Shown: positions 26,506 to 36,100 of the stretch, one piece after another
Layout of the letters: each line of letters opens with the position of its first letter
How positions within the stretch are numbered: position 1 is the first letter of the stretch
NCBI GenBank assembly: GCA_964412525.1
Contig: CAYPOX010000002.1
Coordinates: forward strand, 27 to 64,026
DNA: 64,000 nt
Source: an uncultured Caulobacterales bacterium
GTDB lineage: Bacteria > Pseudomonadota > Alphaproteobacteria > Caulobacterales > CAYPOX01
Reading direction: 5' to 3'
Program-made: the position numbers and the translations under genes
Notes under the pieces: generated by a model
Told to the model about the DNA's origin: nothing
Databases searched by the model: none
Seen by the model: only the letters and a program-made list of their open reading frames with translations

Positions 26506-27003
26506 TCAGCTCGAGAGCATGGGCGCGCGGGTCCAGACCTCCGCGCCCAAAGTGCGCCCTTTCACTGTCGACCAGGCGCCGGCCATGCGGTCGTCTCCCG
26601 TCACCTCGAACAGGGCCGCGCCGCCATTGAACGCGATCGCCAGCGCCTTGGCGGAGGCGACCCCCAAGCCTTGATAGCTTTGGCCCTTCATGGCGCCGCT
26701 CTCTATGCGCCAATGCACGGCGTAGACATGGCCGGCAGGCCGGATGTCCACGGCCCCGGCGTAACGGGCACCGTTGGGCGCGAAGCCTTCGATCCGCCAC
26801 CGGCCGATCAGATCGACCCGCGGCGCCGGTTCGGGCGCCGGCGCGGGGGTCGGGCGTTTGCGGAACCAGCCGGCGGCGCGCCGCCAGAGGTTATGGATCA
26901 GACGGAGCGGATCACGCGGGGCGGCCGCGGAGTCGCGGCGAAGGGTCGTCGTCGTCATGTCGTGTCGTCGTTCGGACGGATCAGGGGCGGCGCGCGGGAT
27001 CAT
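26506..27003 (-). CDS. hypothetical protein, translationally coupled to the cadherin-like gene
   Basis: 165 aa. Its ATG (27003-27001) overlaps the upstream TGA (27002-27000) as ATGA. The C-terminal ~100 aa look beta-rich (GRWRIEGFAPNGARYAGAVDIRPAGHVYAVHWRIESG...). No family recognised. Confidence 0.5.
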   Translation of the reverse strand: MIPRAAPDPSERRHDMTTTTLRRDSAAAPRDPLRLIHNLWRRAAGWFRKRPTPAPAPEPAPRVDLIGRWRIEGFAPNGARYAGAVDIRPAGHVYAVHWRIESGAMKGQSYQGLGVASAKALAIAFNGGAALFEVTGDDRMAGAWSTVKGRTLGAEVWTRAPMLSS

Positions 27004-30000
27004 GCGATCGCATCAATCGGCAGGCCGAAAAAGGCGACCCCATCGTCGGCGAGGCCGTCGGCGACGCCCGCATCCCGCGCCTCTTCGCCGGGCGCATAGG
27101 TCAGATCCCCGGTGATCGGATCGCGCAGCCGGAAGACCGGCACGGCCCCGGCCGTCTCCTCCAGAACGCCGCCAAAGCCGACGCCCTCAAACCGGGCTTG
27201 GCCGAACAACGCGTCGCGCTCATCGGGATCGTCGGTGAACACATAGCTGCCGGTAGTCGGATCGAAGAGACGAAAGACAGGCACGCTGTCTTCCAGGCCG
27301 ACGCGGTCGCTTGGGAACACTTGGATCGCGAAATCGGGATCGGCGAGGAAATCCGGCGAGGCGTCAAGCGCGGCCCGCTCGCTGGCGGTCGCGGTCAAGA
27401 GTTCGCCGCCGGCGGCGAGATTGTCAAAGGCGGTGAGCGTCACCGGCGCAGTGAGATCGAAGAGCGGCTCGCCCTCCACGTCATAGACGTAGAAGGCGAT
27501 CCCTTCGAAGCGGAAGGAGGCGGGATCGAAGAATTGCGAGGTGCCGACCGCGGCGGTGGTGTAGAAATGGGAGCCGCGATTGAGATCGAAAAAGCGCACA
27601 ATGGCCGTCGCGCCGTCAAAGGCCTCCGGGAAGGCGGAGAACACCGCCGCCTCGAATTGGAAGCGCGGATCGGCGATCACCGCGTCCCGCTCGACCGGAT
27701 CGATCGTGAAGAAATGGGTTCCGGTTTCAAGATTGACGAAGCGGAAGACGAGTTCGGAGCCGCCGAGGCCGGCGTCCGCGGCGTTCAGGGTCAACAGATC
27801 GAGGGGCTCGTCGTCGAAGGCCGGCGATGCGTCGAGCGCCGCTTGCTCCTCCGGGCTGACGGAGAACAGGAAGTCGCTCGCCGACGGATTGAAATAGCCC
27901 GGCACGATCACCGCCCGATCCTCCACCGTGCGCGGATCGGTTTCGTCTCCCACAAGGTCGAGAATTTCGATCGTCAGCGCGCGGCTGTCGCCGGTCACCG
28001 CGCCGTCCCGCGCCGCGACCGTGATCTCATAGAAATTGTCGCCATTCGCGTCCGCAGGCGCTTCGAAATCGGCGCGCGCGGCGAAGATCAGATCGCCGGT
28101 GAGCGGATCTACGAGAAAATCCGCCGCATCCGGCCCGCCCAAAATGACGAGGTCCGGATCATCGCCCGGATCGGGATCAAAGGCGGAGACCGCCGCCACG
28201 CCGCGGCTGTTTTCAAGCACGCGAATGATCCCGTCCTCGCCGGTCTGACCCAGTTCCGGATCGACGATCACGGTCGGCAGATCGTCCACGCCCGTGACCG
28301 TGACCTGAATCTCGGACTCCGCGACCCCGCCTCGGGCGTCCAGGACGGCGTAGGTCGCGACGTCGAGCGCGCTTTCGCCCGGCAGGAGCACGTCAAAGGC
28401 CCCGTTCGGGTCATAGGCGAAGAAGCCGTCATTGCCGACCGTGAGGATCGCGCCGGACGGCAAGATGAGAGGCGCGTCCACGGCCTCGGCGAGACCGTCC
28501 ACGGCGGTCACCACGAAGGGATCGCCGTTCGGATCGAAATCGTTGAAGAAGGCGTTGCCGTTCAAGACTTGGTCCGCCGGCGTCGTCACGTCGTCGACGC
28601 GCGCGGTCGGCGGATCGTTCTCCGCCACCTGGATCGTCACCGGGCCGGTGGAGAGGCCTTGGGGATCCTTCAACTCCACGTCGAAGCTGCCCATCCGCAT
28701 TTGCGGATTGGCGAGCACGAAGATGATCTCTCCCGCGGCGATCTCGGAGGAGGCGATCTCGATCGCGACCGCTTCGGGATCGGAGGTGCGCGCGAGAAAG
28801 CCGTTGGTGGCGTTCGAGACGAAGAAGATGAGCTCGTCCTGGGTCGCGTCCGGATCAACGCCGATCAGATCCTCGGCCGTGACCGGCACCACCGGCACGC
28901 TTTCGATCGTGACGGTGCGATCGCCTTCGATGACGGGGACGTCGTTCTCGCCTTCGATCGTCAGCGTCACACGGCCGAAGCTGATCCGATCGGTCGTGTC
29001 GATGATCGCGTATTGGAAGCTGTCTTCGGCGGTCTCTCCGTCAAGGAGGAAATCAAAGGCGTCGAGAGGATCGTAGAAAACGTCGCCGTCCTGGACGAGC
29101 TGCACGAAGGCGCCGGAATTCAGATCTGCGTCCAGGCGCAATTCCGGTTCGAACACCAGCGTGCCGATCCCATCCTTGAAGGGCCCGAACAGATCGACCC
29201 GGATGAAGTCGCCGTCGACGTCGAAATCGTTTTCAAGCACGTCGAGGGAGAGGATTTCATTCTCCCCCACCCGGCCGTCTTCGCCCACCTCGACCACATC
29301 GTCGATCGCCGTCGGATCGTCCTCCACCGGCGTCACGGTGAGATTGATCGTGATTTGGGCGGTCTCCTGATCGTCGGTGACCTCGACGATCAGGGAGTCG
29401 CTGCCGAAGAAATCCGGGTTCGGCGTGTAGAGGAGCTTCGTCGTCGGGGTGACGGGGTCGATCTCGGTCGTCGGCTCGAGCTTCGCCGCCTCAACAGTCT
29501 CCCGCACATTAAGAAAGAGATTGGTCTCGCCGTTTGCGGGCGCCGTCACGATCCGCCAGGACAAGCGGTCTCCGTCATCCGGATCGAACACCTCAAGCAA
29601 GGAGGTTAGATCGACATCGACGGAGTCCTCCGGGAGGGTTAGCGACGCCGTCGCGCCTTCCGTAAAGACCGGCGCGTCGTTCACCGGCAGGATGGTGACG
29701 TCGACTTTGAGGGTCGCGGTCAGCCCCGCGCTGTCCGTGGCGCGGATGACGAAAACGTCCGTCCCGGTCTCGTTCAAATTTGGTATATATTCGATGCCTG
29801 TCGGCGTGTTGCCGACTTTGTCGATGCTTGGAACGACGAAGGGGACCCCCTCCACCACGCCGCGGGTCGGGAGAAGATTCGCGTCGGTCTCGTCGAAATC
29901 CCAGCGGATATTTTCGCCAAGATCGCGATCGTCGACGAGCAGCAAGGCGTCAAGATCGAAGGGCGTGTCCTCCGTCACCTCGATCGCAATCTCCGTGCGT

Positions 30001-31370
30001 TCGTCGAAATCGGGCGGCGATCCGCCGACGGGCGGCGCATCCGCCACGCCGGCGATCTCGATGGTGACGACCGACGTGTCCTTGTCGCCAAAGGCGTCGA
30101 CGATCGTGACCTCAAAAGTGTCGATTCCAGGCGCGCCGCCCTCGACGAGGAAATCGAACTTCGCGTTCGGATCGTAGATGAGCGTTTGCGTGTCCTTGTC
30201 GAACAGAACCGCGCCTTTGGTTCCAGCCGTCGACACGCTGTCGATCACAAGATCGCCGCGCGGACCATCGATGTCGGAATCATTCCCAAGAATGGGCTCG
30301 TAAAGATTGTTCGTCCGTTCAATCTCCGAGCCGGCGAAGACATCATCAGCCGCCGTCGGCGCGTCGTTCTGGCCGGTGACGGTGACGAGCACCGCGCCGG
30401 TCGTTTGCTCGCCGTCGCCATTGCGCGCGGTGAAGGGAACACGGTCCGTCGCCGTTTGACCCTCCGCGAGGGTCTCGAAACCGCCGGCCGGATCGTAGCT
30501 CAAAATCCCCTTGTCAGCGTCGAAGATCGCCGTTCCCACCAAATTCGGCGCATCGAGCTCAAACTCAAAGATTTCATAGGATTCTGGAACGCCGTCAGGA
30601 TCCGAGACAACCGCAAGCACTTCATTCAACGTGATCGTCGCCGCAGGACCGTCTTCCTTGGCGCTGAGCGGCGCCTCGCCCGCCACCAGCGGATCGTTGA
30701 CGCCGATCAAGCGTATGACGCTGGTGACCTCGCTGACGCCGCCGACGCCGTCGGAGATCTCGACCGTGACGGAGTCGAAGAATTCGTCGCCCACGCGGAC
30801 GAAGTTGAACTGATCGTTCGGGTCGTAAACATAGGTCCCGTCAGCCTGGACGGTGACGAGGGCGCCGGACGCGAGCGTCGTCTCCACGCCCACCGCGGCC
30901 GCCGATCCCTCCACCTTGCTGACAAAGATGATCTCGCCGTCGGCGTCGAAAGCGTCTTCGAGGAGTTCGCTCGCGACGGGCGGGCCGTCTTCAGTGGTCG
31001 AGACCTCCTCGTCCGGCGCAAAGGGCGCGTCGTTCTGGCCAGTGATGGTGACGACCACCAAGGCGGTCGCTTGGTTCCCGTCTTCATCCTCAATCGTGTA
31101 AGCGAAGGAGTCCGTCGCCGTTTCACCCTCGGCCAGGAACTCGAATAGGCCACGTCCGTCATAAACGACCGTGTCGGCGTCCGGATCATAAACGGCCGTT
31201 CCGATCGTGTCGGAATCGTCCACCCCGACAATGACCAGCGGGGAGCCTTCGGCGTCGCTGTCGTTCAAGATCAGCGTTTTCGAGCCGATGGTGAGGCGGG
31301 CGTTGTCCTCAAGCAGGCTCGCGGCGTCGTCCAAAGCGATCGGCGGCGTCGTCATAAAGGCATCCGTCAT
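27000..31370 (-). CDS. 1456-aa cadherin-like/VCBS-repeat surface protein with C-terminal DUF5648-like repeats
   Basis: About ten ~100-aa units end in the cadherin-like/VCBS signature (VVVTITGQNDAPFA, VLVTVTGQNDAPTA, VDVTILPVNDAPVF, IQVTVTGVDDLPTV...). The last ~250 aa carry four repeats such as VPVFRLFDPTTGSYVFTDDPDERDALF. No Sec signal (MTDAFMTTPPIALDD). Confidence 0.8.
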   Translation of the reverse strand: MTDAFMTTPPIALDDAASLLEDNARLTIGSKTLILNDSDAEGSPLVIVGVDDSDTIGTAVYDPDADTVVYDGRGLFEFLAEGETATDSFAYTIEDEDGNQATALVVVTITGQNDAPFAPDEEVSTTEDGPPVASELLEDAFDADGEIIFVSKVEGSAAAVGVETTLASGALVTVQADGTYVYDPNDQFNFVRVGDEFFDSVTVEISDGVGGVSEVTSVIRLIGVNDPLVAGEAPLSAKEDGPAATITLNEVLAVVSDPDGVPESYEIFEFELDAPNLVGTAIFDADKGILSYDPAGGFETLAEGQTATDRVPFTARNGDGEQTTGAVLVTVTGQNDAPTAADDVFAGSEIERTNNLYEPILGNDSDIDGPRGDLVIDSVSTAGTKGAVLFDKDTQTLIYDPNAKFDFLVEGGAPGIDTFEVTIVDAFGDKDTSVVTIEIAGVADAPPVGGSPPDFDERTEIAIEVTEDTPFDLDALLLVDDRDLGENIRWDFDETDANLLPTRGVVEGVPFVVPSIDKVGNTPTGIEYIPNLNETGTDVFVIRATDSAGLTATLKVDVTILPVNDAPVFTEGATASLTLPEDSVDVDLTSLLEVFDPDDGDRLSWRIVTAPANGETNLFLNVRETVEAAKLEPTTEIDPVTPTTKLLYTPNPDFFGSDSLIVEVTDDQETAQITINLTVTPVEDDPTAIDDVVEVGEDGRVGENEILSLDVLENDFDVDGDFIRVDLFGPFKDGIGTLVFEPELRLDADLNSGAFVQLVQDGDVFYDPLDAFDFLLDGETAEDSFQYAIIDTTDRISFGRVTLTIEGENDVPVIEGDRTVTIESVPVVPVTAEDLIGVDPDATQDELIFFVSNATNGFLARTSDPEAVAIEIASSEIAAGEIIFVLANPQMRMGSFDVELKDPQGLSTGPVTIQVAENDPPTARVDDVTTPADQVLNGNAFFNDFDPNGDPFVVTAVDGLAEAVDAPLILPSGAILTVGNDGFFAYDPNGAFDVLLPGESALDVATYAVLDARGGVAESEIQVTVTGVDDLPTVIVDPELGQTGEDGIIRVLENSRGVAAVSAFDPDPGDDPDLVILGGPDAADFLVDPLTGDLIFAARADFEAPADANGDNFYEITVAARDGAVTGDSRALTIEILDLVGDETDPRTVEDRAVIVPGYFNPSASDFLFSVSPEEQAALDASPAFDDEPLDLLTLNAADAGLGGSELVFRFVNLETGTHFFTIDPVERDAVIADPRFQFEAAVFSAFPEAFDGATAIVRFFDLNRGSHFYTTAAVGTSQFFDPASFRFEGIAFYVYDVEGEPLFDLTAPVTLTAFDNLAAGGELLTATASERAALDASPDFLADPDFAIQVFPSDRVGLEDSVPVFRLFDPTTGSYVFTDDPDERDALFGQARFEGVGFGGVLEETAGAVPVFRLRDPITGDLTYAPGEEARDAGVADGLADDGVAFFGLPIDAIA

Positions 31371-31426
31371 GGCGAGCGGGGCGACCTTCGGTATAAACCG
31401 TCCGTCGCCCGCGCCCTAGCCTTGGA

Positions 31427-32965
31427 TCACTCCGTGAAGGCGGTCTCCAAAGGCAAACCGAACGCCTTCATCGCCGGTGCGGTGTTGACGAGGAAGCGAT
31501 CGGCCTGCTTGCGCAACTCGGCCTTCGCCGCGTCGTCATTCTCAGCAGGCTTGCCTTCAATCATCACATTGCGTCCTTTGGATCTCAGATCCGCCAACAC
31601 GCGATCGACGATGCCGTCCGCCGACCCGTCGCCGAAATGCTTGGCGTAGATCTGATCCATGGCGCTCATCGCGAACCCGGCGCCCAAGCCGGAGGCGAGC
31701 ACGTGGACGGTGCGTTCCGTCAAAGTGCGGTCCAAGACCTCGCGGTTGAACGGCTTCGGCGGCGCGCCATCCTTCCGCATCACCGGCGACGCCTGGCCAG
31801 AGATCAAAAGCGCTTCGACGGCGCTGTAAGCCTTCTCAAAGGTGTCGGCCCCGGATGCGGCATGGAGTTCGCGGATCGTCTTCGGGCCGTCCGCCAGGGC
31901 CTCGACCGCGGCGCGCACGACCGGCGTGTCGAATTTGGCCTGCCGTCCCATGAGCTGGGCTTCGAACTTAATCCCCTCGCCGCCGACCCGTAGCGCGATC
32001 ACGCTGTCGGCGAGAACGTCCCGCTGTTCATTGCGGCTCAATCGGCGACCGCCGCGGGTGTAAATGTCGCGCCGGAACTGGGCGTTGGTGCAGTAATCGC
32101 GCGCCAGCTCCCGCAACTCCATAGTGGGCAGCTCGTTGACAAGTTGGAGCTGATCCTGTGTCAACGTGTATCGGAAATTGTTTTCCGCAAACGTCGCCGA
32201 CGCCGCGAAGGTGAGCTTCGCCTCCCCCATCTCCGCCATCGCTTGGGTGACGTAGAGCGGATACCAGGCCTGATTGAGATACTCCTGGGCGAGATAATTC
32301 ACGGGCTTTTTCTCGAGCCCTTCCATCATCTTCGACATGCGCGCATTGGTGGCGAAAGCGACGGCCTTGGCGTCCTTCAGCTTCTCGCCGAATTGGATCG
32401 CCTGGCGCACCTTATGGGTGGATTGGCCCGGCACGATCGCCGCATATTCGGAAAACAGCCGCTGGAGCGGCGCGATCGTCGCCCAACCCGGCAGGGTGTT
32501 GTAGCTCACATAAACGAGCCCCCCCGGCGCCAAGAACTTCCGGATGAACTCCACCATCTCCCGGCGGTTCTCCGGCGTGATCCAGGAATAGACGCCATGG
32601 GTCACGATATAGTCGAACTGCGGAAAATCCGCATCGACCGCATCGGCGAAGGCCATTTCGTGAAACGCGACATTGCCGATATCGCCCTCCCGCGCGAGCC
32701 GTCGCGCATTGGAGATGTGCACGGGCATGAAATCGATCCCATGCACCTCCGCCTCCGGATTGGCCGCGGCGAAGACATTGGTGGACAGGCCGTTGCCGCA
32801 ACCAAGTTCGCAATAGCGAAAGCGCGCGCCGTCATGCTCCGGCGGCGCGACGCCGCGCGTGACGGCGGCGAAGTTCAAATGCGCCGGGCCGAGCTCTTGG
32901 AAAAATTGGGTCGTGTATTCCTGATCGACAACATACCCGTCTGACCAATCGGACATGGGTGACAT
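31427..32965 (-). CDS. SAM-dependent methyltransferase of the 'methyltransferase regulatory domain' (PKMT-like) family
   Basis: Track ORF 31427..33007; ATG 32965 follows AGGAAAGGA. RYCELGCGNGLSTNVF (motif I) and FDYIVTHGVYSWITPENRREMVEFIRKFLAPGGLVYVSYNTLPGW, which I recognise as the hallmark of this ~520-560-aa family. Confidence 0.8.
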   Translation of the reverse strand: MSPMSDWSDGYVVDQEYTTQFFQELGPAHLNFAAVTRGVAPPEHDGARFRYCELGCGNGLSTNVFAAANPEAEVHGIDFMPVHISNARRLAREGDIGNVAFHEMAFADAVDADFPQFDYIVTHGVYSWITPENRREMVEFIRKFLAPGGLVYVSYNTLPGWATIAPLQRLFSEYAAIVPGQSTHKVRQAIQFGEKLKDAKAVAFATNARMSKMMEGLEKKPVNYLAQEYLNQAWYPLYVTQAMAEMGEAKLTFAASATFAENNFRYTLTQDQLQLVNELPTMELRELARDYCTNAQFRRDIYTRGGRRLSRNEQRDVLADSVIALRVGGEGIKFEAQLMGRQAKFDTPVVRAAVEALADGPKTIRELHAASGADTFEKAYSAVEALLISGQASPVMRKDGAPPKPFNREVLDRTLTERTVHVLASGLGAGFAMSAMDQIYAKHFGDGSADGIVDRVLADLRSKGRNVMIEGKPAENDDAAKAELRKQADRFLVNTAPAMKAFGLPLETAFTE

Positions 32966-33133
32966 TCCTTTCCTTAAAGGCGAACGCGCGGGCGCGCCGA
33001 CGCGCACGAGCTTTCGTCTCGCTTGAACCAGGCTTGCGCGCGCCGCGCAACACCCCTCGCCGCCGGACGGCGGCCCAAAAGAAAAGGGCGGGGCCGAAGC
33101 CCCGCCCTGAAGGCGTGATCCGACTGGATCCGA

Positions 33134-36100
33134 TTAGAAGATGAAATCGGCCGTCGAGAAGCCGAGCGACGTCTCTGTAGAATTCAAATCGCCGTCGACC
33201 ACGATATCGAACGCCAAGTCCGCGGCATCGAGATTGCCATCATTATTGACGTCGACAAAAACGCGGAAGACGTCGTCCAGCGTGGCGTCGCCAACAAAGT
33301 CCGCAACCGCGTCGTTGAATTCGACCTTGACGCCATCATCCGTGCCGCCGTCATCGAAGAAGTTAGCTCCCCCAGCGGCCGCCGTGAAAACGCCAACCGA
33401 CGCGACCGTCCCGTTCACCGTCTGATTGGTGAGGCTCAAATTCGACAAATTGATCCGGTCGGACCCATCTTCGAAGTTGATAATCACGTCGCCCGTGCCG
33501 CCGGTGGCATTGGCTTCCGTCGACAAGATCGTGCCTGCGCCATCGTCGAAGAAGAACGTGTCCGCCGACGCGCCGCCGTCCAACACGTTCTGCGTGCCAG
33601 CCGCGCCAGAGCTGATCGTGTCCGCGAAGCCCGTGCCGATCACGTCGACAAAGCCCTCAAGACCGTCATCGTCCGCGCCGCCAACGAAGCCGTCAGTGTC
33701 GCCGAAGCCGCCGCCGGAAATGACAAGCTTCGTGTCGTCGCCGGACGTATCGTTGAACAGGTTCACCGTCACGCTCGTGGTGCCCAGCGAAAGGTCGAGA
33801 ACCTCATCGCCCGTACCCGAAGCCTTATCCTGCTCGCCGTCCGGAGAGACGCGGAACGTGTCAACACCGCCAGCCGTGAGGGTGATGATGTCTTCACCAC
33901 CGCCGTCGACAACAATGTTGTCGTCCGTTGAGTCAGCGACCTTATCGTCGCCGTCGCCGAGAATGATATTCTCGAGTTTGTTCGCTCCGAACGCCAGATT
34001 GCCCGCCGCTTCGATGTCGGTCGCGCCCGCCACCGTGCCGGCCGCGAGGTCGACGGTCAGATCCTCATTGTCTGCGGAAAGATCCGCCGTATCGCCGAGA
34101 ACCTCATTGCCTTCCGCATCCGCCGACAGATCGACCGACGTTTCGTCCACGCCGTCATCCGACAGAATGATCAGATCATCGCCGTCGCCGCCAAGGATCG
34201 TGTCCGCACCGTCACCATCACGGATCGTGTCCTCGCCAGCGCCGCCATCAATCGTGTCATCGCCGGCGCCGCCCTCGATAATGTCATCTCCGGCGAGGCC
34301 CGTCAGCGTGTCGCCTCCTTCGCCGCCATAGAGTTCATCGTCTTGGAGGCCGCCGGTGAGCACGTCGTCGCCCTTCAGACCAAAGAAGATCTGCGGGGCG
34401 GACCCGCCAACGAACGTGTCGACTTGCGTCGCGTCGTCCGAACCGACGATGACCTCAATGTTGAGGATCGAGCCGTCGTCGATCGTAAACGCTCCTGAGA
34501 AATCCGTGTCGAAGTTGTCGGAGGAACCCACCGACAAATCGATCAGCAGGGCCTTGCCGACGACATCTCGAAGATCGAGGACGTCGAAATTGCCCGCGTT
34601 GCCGTTGAACACGTCGTCGCCGCCCAGATCATCGGTGAAGACCAGGAAGATGTCGTTCCCATCGCCGCCATTCGCCTGATCTTCGCCTTTGCCGCCAACA
34701 AGAACGTCGATCCCCTCGCCGCCAAACAACACGTCGTCTTCATCGTCGCCGATCAAAACGTCGTTTCCAGCGCCGCCGTCCAACGTGTCCGTGCCCGTGC
34801 CAGTGGTCAAAAGCTGGACCTTGTTTGAGCCGGTCGTCGGAAGACCAAGATCCACGACCAAATCGACATCGAACGGATCCGGATTGCCGTCGCGGTCCAG
34901 GTCAATCGTCGTCGTGGAAAGCACCCGGTCGCCCGTCTTCAGATCGATCGCGCTTAGGGCCAAAGCGACCTCGGCGTCGTCGATCTGCAGGCGGTTACCG
35001 CCAATCAAGATGTCGTCGCCGCCGCCGCCCGTAAACGAGTCGTTGCCGCCATCGCCGAGGAACAGGTTCTCGCCGGCAGTGCCCGCTTCCGTGTCGCCGT
35101 TCACCGTGCCGACGAAAATGATGTCGCCGATCGGCTCGAACTGAATCTCGCCAAGTTGGCCGCCATAATCGACGCGCAAACCGTTGGTGAAGAGATCCGC
35201 TTCGTTGAGATCGAATGCGAGATCCGTGTCTTCGTCAAAATCACCGTTACGGTCGAGGTCGACGAAAATCCGGAAATTGTTGATATCGCCGATCTCTGTG
35301 CCACCGAGCTGCTCCGCCACTATGACGACATCGCCGCCAAAGATTGTGGAGTTGAAGAAGTCGGCCTTGCTGTCCGTGGTGCCGGTCGTCGAACTGACGC
35401 GGACATCAAGAACCTGAAGGGCGTCATCAATGCCGTCGCCATTCTCCGCGCCCTTGCCGCCATCAAAGGCGGCGTCATCGTCGCCCGGCGATTCATTGCC
35501 TTTAACGCCATCGCCATCGACGTCGAAGATCGCGTCGCCACCGGTGTTCTCAAGGCCGCCAGCCTTGTTCTCGATCGAAAAATCGGAAATGTCGATCAGA
35601 TCGTTGCCCGCAGTAAAGCCGACGATCGTGTCGATGCCTTCCGTCGTCGAGTCGAGCGCACCGCCCGGGTTGTTGTCGTCGAACACCAACTCCGCACGAC
35701 CGTCATTAAACTCGAGATCGACCAGCGGGTCGACCGAGTCGGTGAACTCGATCCGGATCACCAAGTCCCGAGCCGAAATCGTGCCGGCGACGTCGTTGAG
35801 CTCCGAAACGAGCACCAAGGTGTCACCGGAGTCGATCGCCCCATTATTGTTGGTGTTTTCATAGTAGAAGATACCGACATCGTTGTCGCTATCTTTGACA
35901 ACCAAGAAGATATCATCGCCATTATCAAGATCAGAGATCACGCCGAACTTGGCTGCAGCATCCCCAAGATCAAAATCTTCAATCTTAATGCCGATATTGT
36001 CTTCCAAGAAGAACACGCCGCCTTCATCAACATCAAAGCTGTTGATCGAACCGGCGTTGATCACGCCATTCGTGGTCAACACGTTCGTCAGTCCGCCCGA

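Noticed and set aside
24437-26674. 745-aa plus-strand ORF
   Set aside because: Shadow of the 631-aa minus-strand gene. It has Arg/Val/Glu-rich repetitive composition and no motifs, whereas the minus frame shares a four-repeat module with the giant RTX protein and has a good RBS.
27198-31148. 803-aa, 320-aa and other plus-strand ORFs opposite the cadherin-like gene
   Set aside because: GAC/GTC-rich coding DNA keeps the antisense frame open. The translations are Arg/Val/Glu/Ile-rich repeats without motifs.
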